Translations under genes and position numbers: made by a program
Origin: Ruditapes philippinarum
Taxonomy: Eukaryota
Assembly: GCF_026571515.1 (NCBI RefSeq)
Contig: NW_026855528.1
Span: forward strand, 310,001 to 374,000
Reading direction: 5' to 3'
Length of the DNA: 64,000 nt
In this document: positions 12,335 to 25,810 of the stretch, piece by piece
How positions within the stretch are numbered: the stretch's first letter is position 1
Layout: every line of letters starts with the position of its first letter
The notes under the pieces: model-generated
Databases searched by the model: none
Told to the model about the DNA's origin: nothing
Seen by the model: only the letters and a program-made list of their open reading frames with translations

Positions 12335-15300
12335 TACATGTAAATGGAATTAGTCTATCATACAAATATATGAAATTAGTCGATCAAACATGTATATGAA
12401 ATTAGTCGATCATACGTGTACATGAAATAAGTCGATCAGAAGTCGTGATTATGTCGAGAAATCGATCGGACACTAGACGTTGGTATTGAGGTAAAGTCAG
12501 CCAAAACCAGTTTTGATATCAGCATGCTTAAAGTACGACATAGCACTGTTGTTCAAAGTCAAATGTAAACTTTATTATTCAATGTATGTGCTCAATGTCA
12601 GTATCTTGTAATGTTCTTTTTTTTTCGTTTTCTAACACATGTTTCACTAAATTAAATAACTTCTCTGTTAACTCAATTAACCTTCGTATACAGTAAATTA
12701 TGTTCTCAAATAGGTTTAATGATAATATCATATATACTTTACAACCGATCCTCAATCGATTGATAGATTTTCCGGTTTAGTTTACAATGAAACAATGTTA
12801 CTAAGAACAATTAATTTTATTTCCTTTTATTATTAACAATTTGAGGGTAACGTGAACTGTTTAAGGACAATATTTCCTTTTATAACAATCGGATTTATAC
12901 ATATATAATAATAATCATTTTATATTTTACTTCATTTAATTGGATAAACATCGGAATGGGAATTTACTGTTTTATGTGCCTACTATGGTTTATTAGAGGT
13001 ATCTACATATCTATTGTATCTTGAACAGAATACTTTAAATATGTAAAATGACTTTTTGTCCCATTATATTCCATGTATGTTTAATTCAAATTATTTTCAT
13101 AATAAATATAAAAAGTTGTTTTTTTATAGCTTGGAATGTTCCAGTTAAAAGAGAAATTAGTTTAAGCATATACCTTTCGTAATTCAATTTTAAATAAGTC
13201 ATCTTAAAGATATATTAAGCTCAATTTTGATATATTTCAAAATATCGATAATTGCTACATATTTTCTAATTCTGTAATTGTAAAACCAACATGTGTTAAA
13301 TTCACAAAGAGTAGACATATCACGTTTAGAACTCTAAAAACTATAAGTAATATACACAATATCAATAGATACCGGTAGTTCATTACATTTTTTTTTCAGT
13401 AAGTACCACCTTAGCAGTAAGTACCACCTTAGCTTGAGGACTGCTGTATCCCTGCATTCTTTTGTTCAAATAAGATATATTCATGAATTTTCTATATTTC
13501 ATTAATTTTGTCATGAAATAATTTTATTCACATATTGGCATAGTACTAGTTTATCTTAAATTGTATGATATTATGCACAAATATATAAGCCGCGTCACGA
13601 CAAAACCAACATAGTGCGTTTGCTACCAGCATGGATCAATACCAGCCTGCGTATCCGCGCAGTCTTATAAGGATCCATGCTGTTCGCTATCAGTTTCTCT
13701 ACTTGTAATAGAGTTGGTAAGCGAACAGCATGGATCCTGATCAGACTGGTCTGGATCCATGCTGGTCGCAAACCCACTATGTTGGTTATGTCGTGACGCG
13801 GCTCATATACATATGTTATACATATTTTCAATCAAAGTCTTATACGGCAATAGCTTGACGCTATGTGTAATGATACAGTTTAATTGCAGAATATTTTACG
13901 TTCCTGAGGATGAATGTGATTATGTTGATTCTCAAACACTCCACTATTAGGTCCTCTAAAATCTTGATTCTGTTCTATATGTTTGATATAATAAGGCAAT
14001 TAATTTTTTTCAGGCACTCAGTGTAGATCATTTTGTGGACGCAGAACACATCCTAGTACGTATAGTTAAGTGAATGCTAGCTAATTTTCACCTCAGCGAG
14101 CATAGAATGCAGACAGTCTTTATCATTTAATTTAATACAAAATCAGTAGGAAGTAAACTACATTTCCTGTAAAAGGAATTCAAATGCTTATCTAATTTGT
14201 GAACGGTTTCAATAGTTTATAATGTAAAAGAAATTAAAAATGTTCCTTTAATTAGTCATTGATTTTAATATCAATTGTTCAAATCAGATTTGTATTATTG
14301 TTGACCTAATCTGTCTCGACTTTTGATCTTTTGAACATTGATTTAATAAAATGGCAGAATATTGATGCATTGAAATGGTTGTGGCGTGGTTTTCATATAT
14401 TCCCACAAGTCCTGGTGTATGTTAATTTGCATAGATTTATTGAGAAAATGAAACTATGTACATGTATGTAGCCTACGTTTAGATATTCGACATATAACTT
14501 ACCAGTGGAGGACTTCTCAAATTATATGGAGCTGCCAAAGTTTGACCCAGTAACTGATTTCATGATTCAAAATTATAACTAAATCGATTTTTAATCTATT
14601 CTGTCTTCAATATGTGAGGGTAAATCTTTATTTCTGATGATTAGAATCCATAAATTAATTTTCGCACTTTTGATAAAATGGTTTTGCCGTTGTTATGGGG
14701 GAATCTCGGAAGTCTTAATATTTTAAAGATTCAATAAAATGTTCTTGCCGAAATTTTAGATTATAAATGTTACGAAGTCAGGTTTCTTTATTGGTTATGT
14801 ACTATGCACACACAGGAAGTTTAAAAATAGAAATTAAGAATGGCTATATTTTTTCATATGATTGAAAAGAATCATGAAAACATATATTTCTATTCATAAT
14901 GAATATTTAAAAATGAGAAAAGCTGGGAGGCATAGACAAAAAGTTCCTTTACAGGGTCGACGATACTTTACATGGTCTTCTGCATTTATGCTCAACCGAG
15001 CGTTCCCTATCCGTTAAGATATTCACCTTTGTAACATCGAGAACCAGAGATATGGGATACTTTGAAAATAGCCTATTTCAGTTTAATATTTTCTTTATCA
15101 AACTTTTTAACTTTATCCAAAGTTTTATAAAACATTTCTTAAGGTACAGCGTTTTACACTTAAAAACGCGCACGGGGCACTTTGAACAATGTTAAGTTAA
15201 TGTTAAGTTAATTGATTTTGGGCTTGCTGTAAAACGACGTGATTTAAGAGATCGACGACAAGTAGAGGATATGGCTGACATTCTTGGTTTCAGTCACAGA

Positions 15301-16870
15301 GTCATAATATTATAAAATATACAAAGTTTTACCCAAGTACGTTTCTCTGGTGTTGACAAGTGAAACTTTTATTGAAAAGAACAAAATTGGAATTCATGAG
15401 GCTATAGGAGAAGGTCGGCGAGATAGTTCTAGCGGGCTTTATCACGCATTCACGCACGCACGCACACACGCACACACACACACACACACACACAAACTGT
15501 GATCAATATAATGGCCCCTAAGGCAAAGGCAAGTCGTCATTGTTTATGGATTGATAACACAAGTCGTCTCGATCACCTCAGAAAGCAAAGGCTACAAAAT
15601 CATCATTAGTAGAAAGTGACAAATATTTACAGTAAGCGTAACATCATCTAATCGACGACGCTAAATGACGTTCCAATGTGCCCCGTTTACCCGACGATGT
15701 ATGCGCAATAATTAGCCTCGTGAATTTATATTTGTTTTATTCAATTGTTTACAGCATTTACATTTCATCTTATTGTCATATGATCAAATTTCGCGCCGTT
15801 ATAGTGGAACTATTGCCTCAGTTTGGAACTTCCTGACTATACCGCGTACACGTGTCAAAAAAGGAGACACAATGTTCGACCGATATTCAGGTCTTTCTTC
15901 TAAGTTATTTTGAAAAAAATACCTATACCTAAAAATAAAGATATGTAAAAATACCAAAAATATGCATTATCTCTAATTAACCTGATAATGAAGACAATAC
16001 AAATTTATATTTGATAAAAGAAACTGTTTACTTGAAGTTCTTGCTTTAAAGGCACAATTTGATATAACTTATAAAATTAAACATTTTCTCTTTTTGGTTT
16101 AAATTTGTAACTTGAATAAGACAGATGAAACAATCTACGATCATTTTCTTACAGTTGTAAATATCTGCACAGACGACTTAGTGGGGCAATCAAACTACAT
16201 CCTTATTGATACAGCAAGTGTTCCAGATTTTCAACAAACGTCATGTGAATGTGTTATTTTAACAAATAAACATGAACTTGGAATGACTTTGATGTTAGAA
16301 AATTTTACTCAAGTGTTCAACATGGAATTTGAAATAAAAGAAACTGTCATAAACAAAATTAAATACAATTATGATACAACGATTAAAAGTGGTACAAAAA
16401 TTTCATTTTCCACTCATGAAAATCACGAGCGAGATGGGGCGTGTCTCGGTGTTTTTTCAAGTAAGTATTCGTGATACATAAGTATAAAATTAACAGTGTT
16501 ACTTTATTATAATGCTTTTACAGTTTCGTTTGCTTTGTTCATGTACATTGTATATCTTAGATAACTATTTAGGGTTTGAAATGTTAAATACAATAGGAAT
16601 CACCTTTAAAATGATGTTATGCTTATTTTATCTGCTTTTGAAGATTAACCAATTCTTAAAAATACCATAATTCAGGAATTAATTTTTGATAAAAATAATC
16701 GTATTTTCAATAATTTGCTGTTTTCTCGTTTCTGTAGATGATCAAACTAAGTTCAATATTTCTTGTGTTAGATCAATTATCAACTCAAACCCAGACAAAG
16801 AAAGTGAAGGAAATGAAAACACAAGTACGGGTAAGTTGAAGCAGTTGACTTACTAGACAAGCTTAAAACT
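12335..16870 (+). repeat. Segmental duplication of about 435-5270 (upstream region to exon 4 of R1/R2)
   Basis: Collinear near-identity (roughly 90% by eye) across upstream DNA, introns and exons 1-4; similarity ends just after the exon-4 donor. Confidence 0.95.
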
Positions 16871-18643
16871 GTTAATGACTTAATATTATACACATGTTCT
16901 AATGGTGATAAATAAGAACAGATTTATCAAAGTTTGTCTATGTTTTTTCTCGTAAATGCACTTGACAATTATGATGAATTACAAGTGTGCCAAATAAAAC
17001 ATACTCGTCTTTGCATTTTAGCTAGTTGCTTTAGACGATGGTACGCGGATGAAAATGATTAAACATATATTTTCTAAAATTCATGAGTAATTGGAATAAT
17101 TTGTATACGTTACATAAATGCAATTTATTTTGTAAAGCAATCTAGTCAGCATTCTGTTTATGGCTTCTTTAGGGATTCCGTTTTCCTCTATTCTAATAAG
17201 CCCTCAAAATAATGTGGTTAAACATGCCTTTTTACTATGTTATCAATATAATTAATAATTCATGTATCTTACAAGAAAAAGAAGCATTTTACTGTAATAC
17301 CATTACCCATATTCATGCTGGGAGATTGTATTACATTTTATTCAAAATCATATATTTATAATCTTATATTTTCAGTTCCTGCAGCATTAGCAACTTTGAC
17401 ACTCGTATGTTGTTTAGCAATTGCTGTCATCTTCGCTATTTGTTATAGAAGGTATGACTTCGTCATGCACCAATGTACCAGATTTTTAATTTATATCATC
17501 CGGATTAACATGTAGCACATGAGTGGGTGATAGGTTCCCGCTTTCGATTTTGTCAGTAGTAACATAGTAAATGTTAAGAAACTTTTTAGCTTTTAGGATA
17601 TTTTAACTGTTCCCGTAAATATGAATCTTAATCAGAATAAAATCTCTTTTTTGACATTTTTATACTTGTCCTATATTCTTTTGTGTTTTAATTTCGATGT
17701 TCGACGTTTCAGGATTGATGTTCATTAACTGTGTTCAAAACAAAGAACAATTTATGATTACTTATATCTAATAATCATTTAATTAGATAAAATTATATTC
17801 TTATTCTTATAAACTGGAAACATGAACCTATAAGTGTTTATATAAAAAACAAATAACCAGTAGGAATTTATAGTATATCTTTATTATATAGAATGCATTT
17901 GTGGTTACTGTTCTGATGTGAAGTATTTTGATTCTGTTTACTTAAAAATAAACAAAAATCTCTCATATCATTAAAAAAAATGGCTGAAACACAAAACAAA
18001 TCACATATATTACAAATTAACAATTTCTATATCCGAAATGATTTATTGTTTTCCATATACAATAGCAAATAGTTATTTGTTATTAAATGTATAGTATGTT
18101 CTTTTTATCTAAATGACATATTTCATAGATGCATCTATTTGCATCTATTGCAGAAGACAAGCCGAAAGAGTAATCAAGCAAGAAACAAAACCATCTGTAA
18201 ACACAAGAACAGAAGGTGACAATTACATGACAGACAGTCAAAGGTGCAATAATGGTCAAAATTTTATGGTTGGTACTGTTATGGAAAACGAACACAGTGC
18301 GGCAATAGTTTCAGGCCATTATGAAAGTATTAAGGAAACAGCCGACGAACACCACCGCTCAGAACACTTACCTAAACATCCTGTATCCTACGATTATTTA
18401 GGGCACCCTCCGACTGGCGTGAAAATGGGAGCTGCAAGCAACAAAACCACAAATAACGATATTGAAGGCGAGCGTGACTTGTCAAGTTTAAATGCGGAAG
18501 ACCAGACGGTATATGACTGTACAAACGTAACATCACCTCAAAAGGCAACCGGACACAATGATTATGATCATTTGAGTCCTATTTGTTCAAATAAACTGTG
18601 TGATTTTGGTCTATATGATAAGGTTGAACAAAAAACTGAATGA
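12956..18643 (+). CDS. Receptor R2: paralog with no stalk exon (about 349 aa)
   Basis: join(12956..12998, 14014..14055, 16155..16460, 16738..16830, 17376..17451, 18154..18643) = 1050 nt in frame, all GT-AG. TM VPAALATLTLVCCLAIAVIFAICY followed by RRR; tail GHYESI, VSYDYL, TVYDCT, NDYDHL, LYDKV. Confidence 0.85.
13586..13805. mobile_element. About 220-bp palindromic MITE inserted in R2 intron 1 (probable TA TSD)
   Basis: Long inverted ends TAAGCCGCGTCACGACAAAACCAACATAGTG / CACTATGTTGGTTATGTCGTGACGCGGCTCA. The paralogous site in R1 (about 1930) is empty. A second copy is at 43111-43327. Confidence 0.9.
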
Positions 18644-19089
18644 CTTGAAAACAAAGAGTGTGACGTGACTAATCATGGTGTATAAATGTTCCAGATTTCC
18701 AATTTTGACATGTATAAAAAATGCAAAAACTAATTAATGAATCTGAAGACTGTGTTTTTAGCATATACGAGTACAAACTTACTTAAAGAATGAAACCGCT
18801 CTAAATATAATGTATCATAGTTTGGGGACCTTTCTGTTGAAAATGTGTCAAAGTTAAATAGTATACATATACATGCACAGTGCGTTAACTGGAGTGCAGG
18901 TATTAGTTACCCGCACTCCAGAGTATGCCCATCGATTGGCTCATTTTTGCTGGGGTTTACATATTGTGACGGTTGAGAAAGGGAAAGCGACAGACATATC
19001 ATGTTCAGATGTTTGTTCATTGGTTCCTTTTTGCTGGGGTTTTATTTTGTGATAACAGGGAACGTGTTTTTATGTTTGACTATGATACA

Positions 19090-19197
19090 AAAGAGAAAGA
19101 ACATCAAAACACTCGGCAATCTGATTAATACTCGGGGGCTACGCCCCTCGTACAAATCAGATAGCCTCGTGATTCGATGCTCTTTCTATTACTTATG
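19090..19197. repeat. Imperfect palindrome centred on GGGGCTACGCCCC (non-autonomous hairpin element)
   Basis: Arms gaaagaacatc..aatctgatt / aatcagat..gatgctctttc are reverse complements. Confidence 0.6.
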
Positions 19198-19265
19198 TTT
19201 GAACAAATGAAAAAAATATATCATTCATTTATTATTTTAGCTATATTACGAGAACTTCATTAAGC

Positions 19266-20327
19266 TACGGTGGCACAAAGGTGACATGTGTGGGTTTTTA
19301 TTTATCTCGTGGCCACGACATACTATGTCGTGGCCACGAGTTACTAAGTCGTGACCACGAGATAAATAACCAATCAAAATACACTATATATAATAATATT
19401 ATTATGAATTTGTTAAACTTAACAACTTACTGTTACATGCAACATTAATCTTTGAAAATACTGAAGATATTCACTTTGAACTTGTCTTTAGGGTCATATT
19501 AGAAAGTCACCTTCCAAGGCCCAACAGACATTAATTTTGACTGTAGCCCTTTGTTTGGTCAATTTTGTGATCGAATTGATCAGTTTGTACGTAATACGAC
19601 CTGTTAACCTTGTTTATACAATAACATGAGAAGGACTTAGTCCTGGTTTATTTAATTTGGAAGGGACATTGCCCATTGACAGTAGATAGCCTATAAGGTA
19701 AAATCCTTGCCTGATGAATAACTGAGAAAGGATAAGCCATGGTTTATATTACCCAGAAAGATCATTGCACCTGATCAGTAGATGACATCTAATAATTATG
19801 GGGCCATTGGGTCAAAAATCAGGGTCACAGTGACGCTAAATGTAAACTTATTGACCAGTCAATAAGTTGTATAAATGGCACTTTTGCAGGCTTGTGAAGT
19901 AGGGGCATCCTTGTACTATAGCACATGTCTAGTTAATTATGGAAAATCATATAATAGTGTTATCTGATTGTCTCGTGGCCACGACTTAGTAACTCGTGGC
20001 CACGACATAGTATCTTGTGGCCACGACTTAGTTATCTCGTGACCACGACTTAGTAACTCGTGGCCACGACATAGTATCTCGTGGCCACGACATAGTATCT
20101 CGTGGCCGCGACTTAGTAACTCGTGGCTACGACATAGTATCTCGTGGCCACGACTTAGCTATCTCGTGGCCACGACTTAGTAACTCGTGGCCACGACATA
20201 GTATCTCGTGGCCACGACTTAGCTATCTCGTGGCCACGACTTAGTTACTCGTTGCCACGACTTAGTTATCTGGTAGCGACATAGTTTATCGTGGCGACGA
20301 GACACATGTCACCTTTGTGTCACCGTA
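19266..20327. mobile_element. Non-autonomous TIR DNA transposon with a 6-bp TSD (IS3EU-like termini TAC..GTA) and an internal 21-bp tandem array
   Basis: TIR TACGGTGGCACAAAGGTGACATGTGT / ACACATGTCACCTTTGTGTCACCGTA; TTAAGC on both flanks; array of CTCGTGGCCACGAC(T/A)TAGT at 19970-20300; nested Helentron-type fragment ending GGGGCATCC..ACATGTCTAGTT near 19935. Confidence 0.85.
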
Positions 20328-20334
20328 TTAAGCA

Positions 20335-20575
20335 ATGACAAAAACATTACAATAACATTCACAAAACCATTACAATTTCTTTTTTACAAAACCATTTCAA
20401 TTTCTTTGACAAAACCATTACAATTACAGTGACAAACCATTATCATTGCATTGACAAAACATTACATTTACATTGAAAAACGCAGTACCGTTACATTGAC
20501 AAAACCATAATATTTACAATGACAAAACCATTAAATATACATTGACAACACTATTACAATTACATTGACAAAATC
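20335..20575. repeat. Degenerate minisatellite of about 21 bp (ACATTGACAAAACCATTACAATT)
   Basis: Directly visible tandem units. Confidence 0.75.
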
Positions 20576-20931
20576 ATGAGAATTTATTTACATTTATTAT
20601 ATATTTTTACACATTAGCTGGGTCATGTGCTCTGTAAATGCCTAAATTTACTATTTAAACACTGTCTATACTCACATATAGGAAAAGCATGAATCTGGAA
20701 GGAAATCTACTTTAAATTGTTAATGTAAAATATGTTTAAAAAACGTATCACATCACGATTTCAAACTATATTAAACTTCCTGAAACAGTTAAATATCAAG
20801 TGATTTAGATAAAGTGTAAAGGAAATGTTATTTAGACCGAATGTCTTGTTTGAAGTAGTTCAAACAATGACTTTCCTCATTAGTAATTGTACATTTCACA
20901 AAAGAAACAAATAGACGGGATTTTATAGAAA

Positions 20932-23900
20932 ATGGGAAATTGTCGTATATTACTGTGTGCTGTTTGTCTTCTTTGGTTTTCAAGGAGTAAGTTTGAATAT
21001 TATACGTGTATCTAAATATCAAAAGAATTTTAAAATATGTGTGGTAATTTATGATAATTTAGGAAAGTATGCTAATTAAATGGCGGATGAATATGTGTCC
21101 ATTTCGTTTTTAATGTGATCAAGCAAATGTCATGTACTTTTTTAAATGAGTTGTGTTCTCTCTTTCTCGTTGTTGTAATTTTGTTGTGATTAACGTTTCC
21201 GAGGGGTCACACTTTATCCAGATTTTTAAACTTCACAACAACAGGTGTCAAGTGCTGTGTTGCAGCTGTAAGATGTTGCATTTTACTTCACTTCTATGTT
21301 GTTCCAACATTTTAAGGGTTGAAAATTGAGTACCCCTAAAACCGGTGCTAGCTATGGGGCTACACTTTTTCTTTATTCACCATGTACAGACTCAATGAAA
21401 CCAAGTTTGCAATGTCCATGTATTTTTGTTGTGATTTATGATTCCTAGGGATCACACTTTATTCAGACTATATTTTTTAAAAAAAGGGTTGAACTAGGAA
21501 CATATGAAGACTGAATAATCACCGATCACATTGCCTTTCAAATGAAGATATGCTTTAAACATGAGAAAATAGTTGACCATAAAAGACACACCCAAACAAT
21601 GCTTGATTAAGCGACCGGTTCGACCCAATTTGGTGCTAATGTAAAGCAGACTCTATTTAGAATCTGCATGATTATTGTTCTGAAAGTTTAAACTTCATAT
21701 AAACAATTTTACGATACTTACGGTTCTGACATCTTTTCATGTAGCTATGAAGTAATTATCAAGATAATTATCTTTCAGTAACTCACACGGAATCATTCTG
21801 CGGACAAAGCAAGCAACCCAGTATGTAACGTGATCATTTCATTTCTCTTAAAATATAGGTTTTTCGTACATTAACATCTTCAGAAACACGAAGAAACATT
21901 TTAAGCGCGAGGGCTTTTATCAGTACAATGTCTTCTGCAAATCTGCACAAAAATGTGCATTAGCTCCGGTCTTGCATAGATGTACATGTATATACATGTA
22001 ACTGATTTGGTATTTCCGAGTTTCGTTATTTCTGGCTCTTATGATTAAATCGTTTTTTTTTTTTCATGTTTTTCACGTGCTAGTGCGATACCATTTGATA
22101 TGTCTACCGGGGCTGTCATTGTTGTAGGTGAGTTGGTTTTACTTGGCGCCCTGAGTCACGCATATTTAAAGACGCGTGCTCGTGTGATTTTCCGTAAATG
22201 ATGATTTCTTCTCCGGTAATGAACATCATTTTGACAACATATTTAAACATCATTTTGACAACATATCTCAATATAATAAAAAGGTTTGAAATATATATAC
22301 AAAAAAATGTGTTCATTACAGTCGTAAATATCTGCACTGACTACACAGTGAGTGAAACCCATTATATCCTTATTGACACCAGAAATGTACCCGTGCTTCA
22401 ACAAACATCGTGCAAATGCGTTATATCACCTGCTAGACAAATTATTACATTAGTTGTGCGGATAACAAATCACACTGGAGAAACGAATATAAAATTTCAA
22501 ATAGCAAATATTTCTGTAACAGAAAAAGTTTTCCCTAAACACCGAATATCTGGGGATACAGAGCTATTATTATCTACTGATTCAAGTTTTAACGGAGGTG
22601 GTGTTTGTCTTGGCGTTTACACTGGTATGTATGTAAAACTTTTTTTTTTAAGAAATGTACCTTTTGGTGAAACTTCATACTGTTTTAGAAGTTCAGAATA
22701 ATACTCTAAAAAAATCGTCTTAATAAGATTTTGTTTTTATTGACGTTTTATTGCATTATAATACAAAACCAATTGAATGACTGCTACTATTAAATGCTTT
22801 TGTTTTTTAAATGTCATGGATCTTATTTTTCGGAAATATGTTTATCTAAAATTAATGTAATATATAAAGAAAATGTTTTTCAACAAGAATTATGGGAAGT
22901 TTTTGTAACTTGTTTATATATTTGTGTTCTTCAAACTAAAGATCAATGACAAAAGTGAATTTGATGGACTATTTTTGACACATTGACGCGAGACAATCAC
23001 AATTATTGTGAAACGTTTACAGGATAAACATATTTAAACTGAAACTAATATTTTTATCTCATCCTTGAAGTTATTGGTCTTAAACTATTAACCTTTATGT
23101 ATGACAATATTCCATATATTAAATGTTTGACAACTATTGCTGTTTTATAGTTAATGGGACATTGTTCAACATTATGTGTACGAAATCAGCAAGACAGGCA
23201 TCAACATCACAAGGTATTGTAACACAACCATTTATCTTTACTACATTTCTAATATCTTTTCAACACATTTCAACAGTCATTGATAACGCTATTAAAAGAA
23301 TGTTAACACAATTTTTTTTTGGTTTTATATCATAAATATGATGCTCAAATTAAGATTTATCAATTTTGTAAGTTCCAAAAAGCATTATTTATAAAGATAT
23401 TACCGAATTTAACATTTCATGTAAATAATGGGAGGTAATAAAAAATATTTTCTATAAAGTCTATGTCAAATTTTTCAATAATTATTACCTGAAAGCATAT
23501 ATATTTTAATAATTACATATAACATGTTAAAAATATTTGCAGTACATATGTTACATATTCTTCGATGTTTGAAAATTGTTTTATAAGCATAATTATAAAC
23601 ATATATATAATTTCACTTAAGTGTAGTATACAACCTCAATTACAACATAAAGAAGGAAATAGCCAAAAAAGTAGTTGAGTAATTTAATTTAACTAGTTTT
23701 CTTTAAACGCTTTTAGCTTTCGTTATTTCGTTAAAAAAGCCAACAAACAAATGACATTAAAAAAGAGAATAAATAAATAAAATAAATAAAGAAAAATAAT
23801 TCAAAAAAAAAATTAACGTGATTTAAGATGTTTCTTTCAAAGAATTGATGTCAACATTCAACAATGGTTTGCATTACCATTAAACAAGTCAGTAAACGAG

Positions 23901-25545
23901 AGGTATGAACGGGATAATGTTTGTTTTTTTTTTTTGTATTTTTCAGGTCTTATAGTGTCTGTAATATTTGGGGTCGTATGTTTCCTAGTCATCGTTTTCA
24001 TCAGCGCTATTTACTTCAAAAGGTATCTTTACGTCATGTTATATATAAGTATCGTTAAAGCGGCCTTAAACTTTTCTCCAGGCCAAATATGTTATGGTTA
24101 GATAAATCGTTTCATATAATTGTCAAATCAAAAGAATAAAGGTGAAAAAGAAATCTGCAGTTGTTAAAGCACATAAACAAAAAGAGAATTCATTGACACC
24201 CTGATTAAGTTACTGAAATACTTAGCTTGAAACATCACGGAATTGTTTTTTCCAACAAAAAATAAAGATGAAAGCCGTTTTAAATATCACCTAAATACGG
24301 AGTATGAGTGGTTTTATAAAACATTTTAAACGTATGAACTATGTAAAAAACATCTGGAAACAAAGTGATCCCTCGGAAGCATTAATCACAACAAAATAAC
24401 ATAAGAATTGCAGACTCGGTTGTAAGTTTTGCTCTAAAAAAATAAAATATCATGAGCAATGAAAGACAATTGTAATCTAAGAACCATTTGAGACTTCAGT
24501 TATCGTCCACCTAATATTTCCTTTATAATCAATGTGCTTCAACGCTTTAGGCTTCGCCTTCGGTAGTTAATTTGTATTTGACTGCATGTGATACTCAGTT
24601 CCCTATTTGTTGTATTTGTTTATCTTTACTGTATTTCTTCATAATAAGCATCTGTTAAACTACCTTACAGTAAAACATAATTTGCAAAAATATGTACTAG
24701 AATTGTATTAAATTGAACTAATGTAATATATGTACCGTTTAATCTTTGATTGAGAAAGAGCAATACTTTCAGTTATTGAAAATAAGAACATTATAAACAA
24801 CTATAGCTAAAATACAAATGTATTTCAAAAAGATTATTTCTAATATTCCTATGCCCGTATTGGATTTATAACATAGTTATAACTCATACAAAAACTCATA
24901 CTTGGATATTGTTAGTAATTCTTTAACTTCCATTTGTTGTCTTTAAAATCTAACATATACTTCTGGAGTCATGGAAGAGGCTTGAGACGAGTTTGATATT
25001 GTATTATTTATTGTAGACGCAGAGCGGAAACAAAAACAAACTCCACTACAGGTCACTGTACAAGCACAAGAGTAGAGAGTGAAAATCGTTTGATAGAAAA
25101 TTCTGTTAATGATAGGAATCCGACTTGTATGATAGGATCTAGCGAACATAATAATGTTCAGTACAACAAGCAGAATGAGGAGACAGTAGCAAGTCATTAT
25201 GATAGTATCCAGGAATCAACAACAGACGGAAATCTCTCTTCAGAAAACCCAACAAATCATGTTGCGCTGTACGACCATGCCATATGCCATTCACAAGGCC
25301 AAGCAATTGCTGATCTCTCAAACAATAAAACACCAATTAAAAATATTGAGGACCAACAAAAATGGCCAGGTTTAGAGGCTAAGGATGACACAGTTTATGA
25401 CAGTACAAAAGCTATGCCTACTCAACAGGCAATCGTTCATAATGATTACGATCATTTGAATGATGTTTGCCTTACTGGGAAGAGTCTAACATATGATACT
25501 GTTATGAAGGTATCCAAGGAGCCTCAGACAATAACGCCAAACTAA
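20932..25545 (+). CDS. Receptor R3: older paralog (about 355 aa)
   Basis: join(20932..20986, 21779..21820, 22322..22624, 23151..23213, 23947..24022, 25017..25545) = 1068 nt in frame. Signal MGNCRILLCAVCLLWFSRITHT; SFCG..IVNICTD..YILIDT..CKCVIS..GVCLGVY..FNIMC; TM GLIVSVIFGVVCFLVIVFISAIYF followed by KRRR; tail SHYDSI, TVYDST, NDYDHL, LTYDTV. The 42-nt exon 2 and 76-nt TM exon are the same length as in R1/R2. Confidence 0.85.
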
Positions 25546-25589
25546 AAATACTCAGAATCTTGAGACTCAGTAATACGTCTACCATCAGA

Positions 25590-25810
25590 TCACCGCTGTG
25601 TGTTCGAATCCTTACATGGAATTTGGAGTTTTTAATGTGATGAAACAATCCAACCAGCCCACAGAACGTCGGTGGTTCTACTCAAGTGTCCATCTATTCG
25701 TGCCTGCCTAAAATAATGCACGGTAGGGCACCTGATGTCTTCTTCCATCAGCAGAGCTAGAAAGTCGCCATATGATCTATAATGTGTGAGTGCGACGTCA
25801 ACCCGAACTA
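25590..25810 (+). mobile_element. tRNA-derived SINE (Meta-SINE-like core) in the presumed R3 3' UTR
   Basis: B-box-like GTTCGAATCC followed by the core GTCGGTGGTTCTACTCAAGTG..AAATAATGCACGG..GGCACCTG..GAAAGTCGCCATATGA, recognised from memory as a molluscan SINE core. Confidence 0.65.

Noticed and set aside
19970-20300. Palindromic 21-bp repeats resembling a CRISPR array
   Set aside because: Units are contiguous with no unique spacers, lie inside a TIR element, and the context is eukaryotic with no cas genes.
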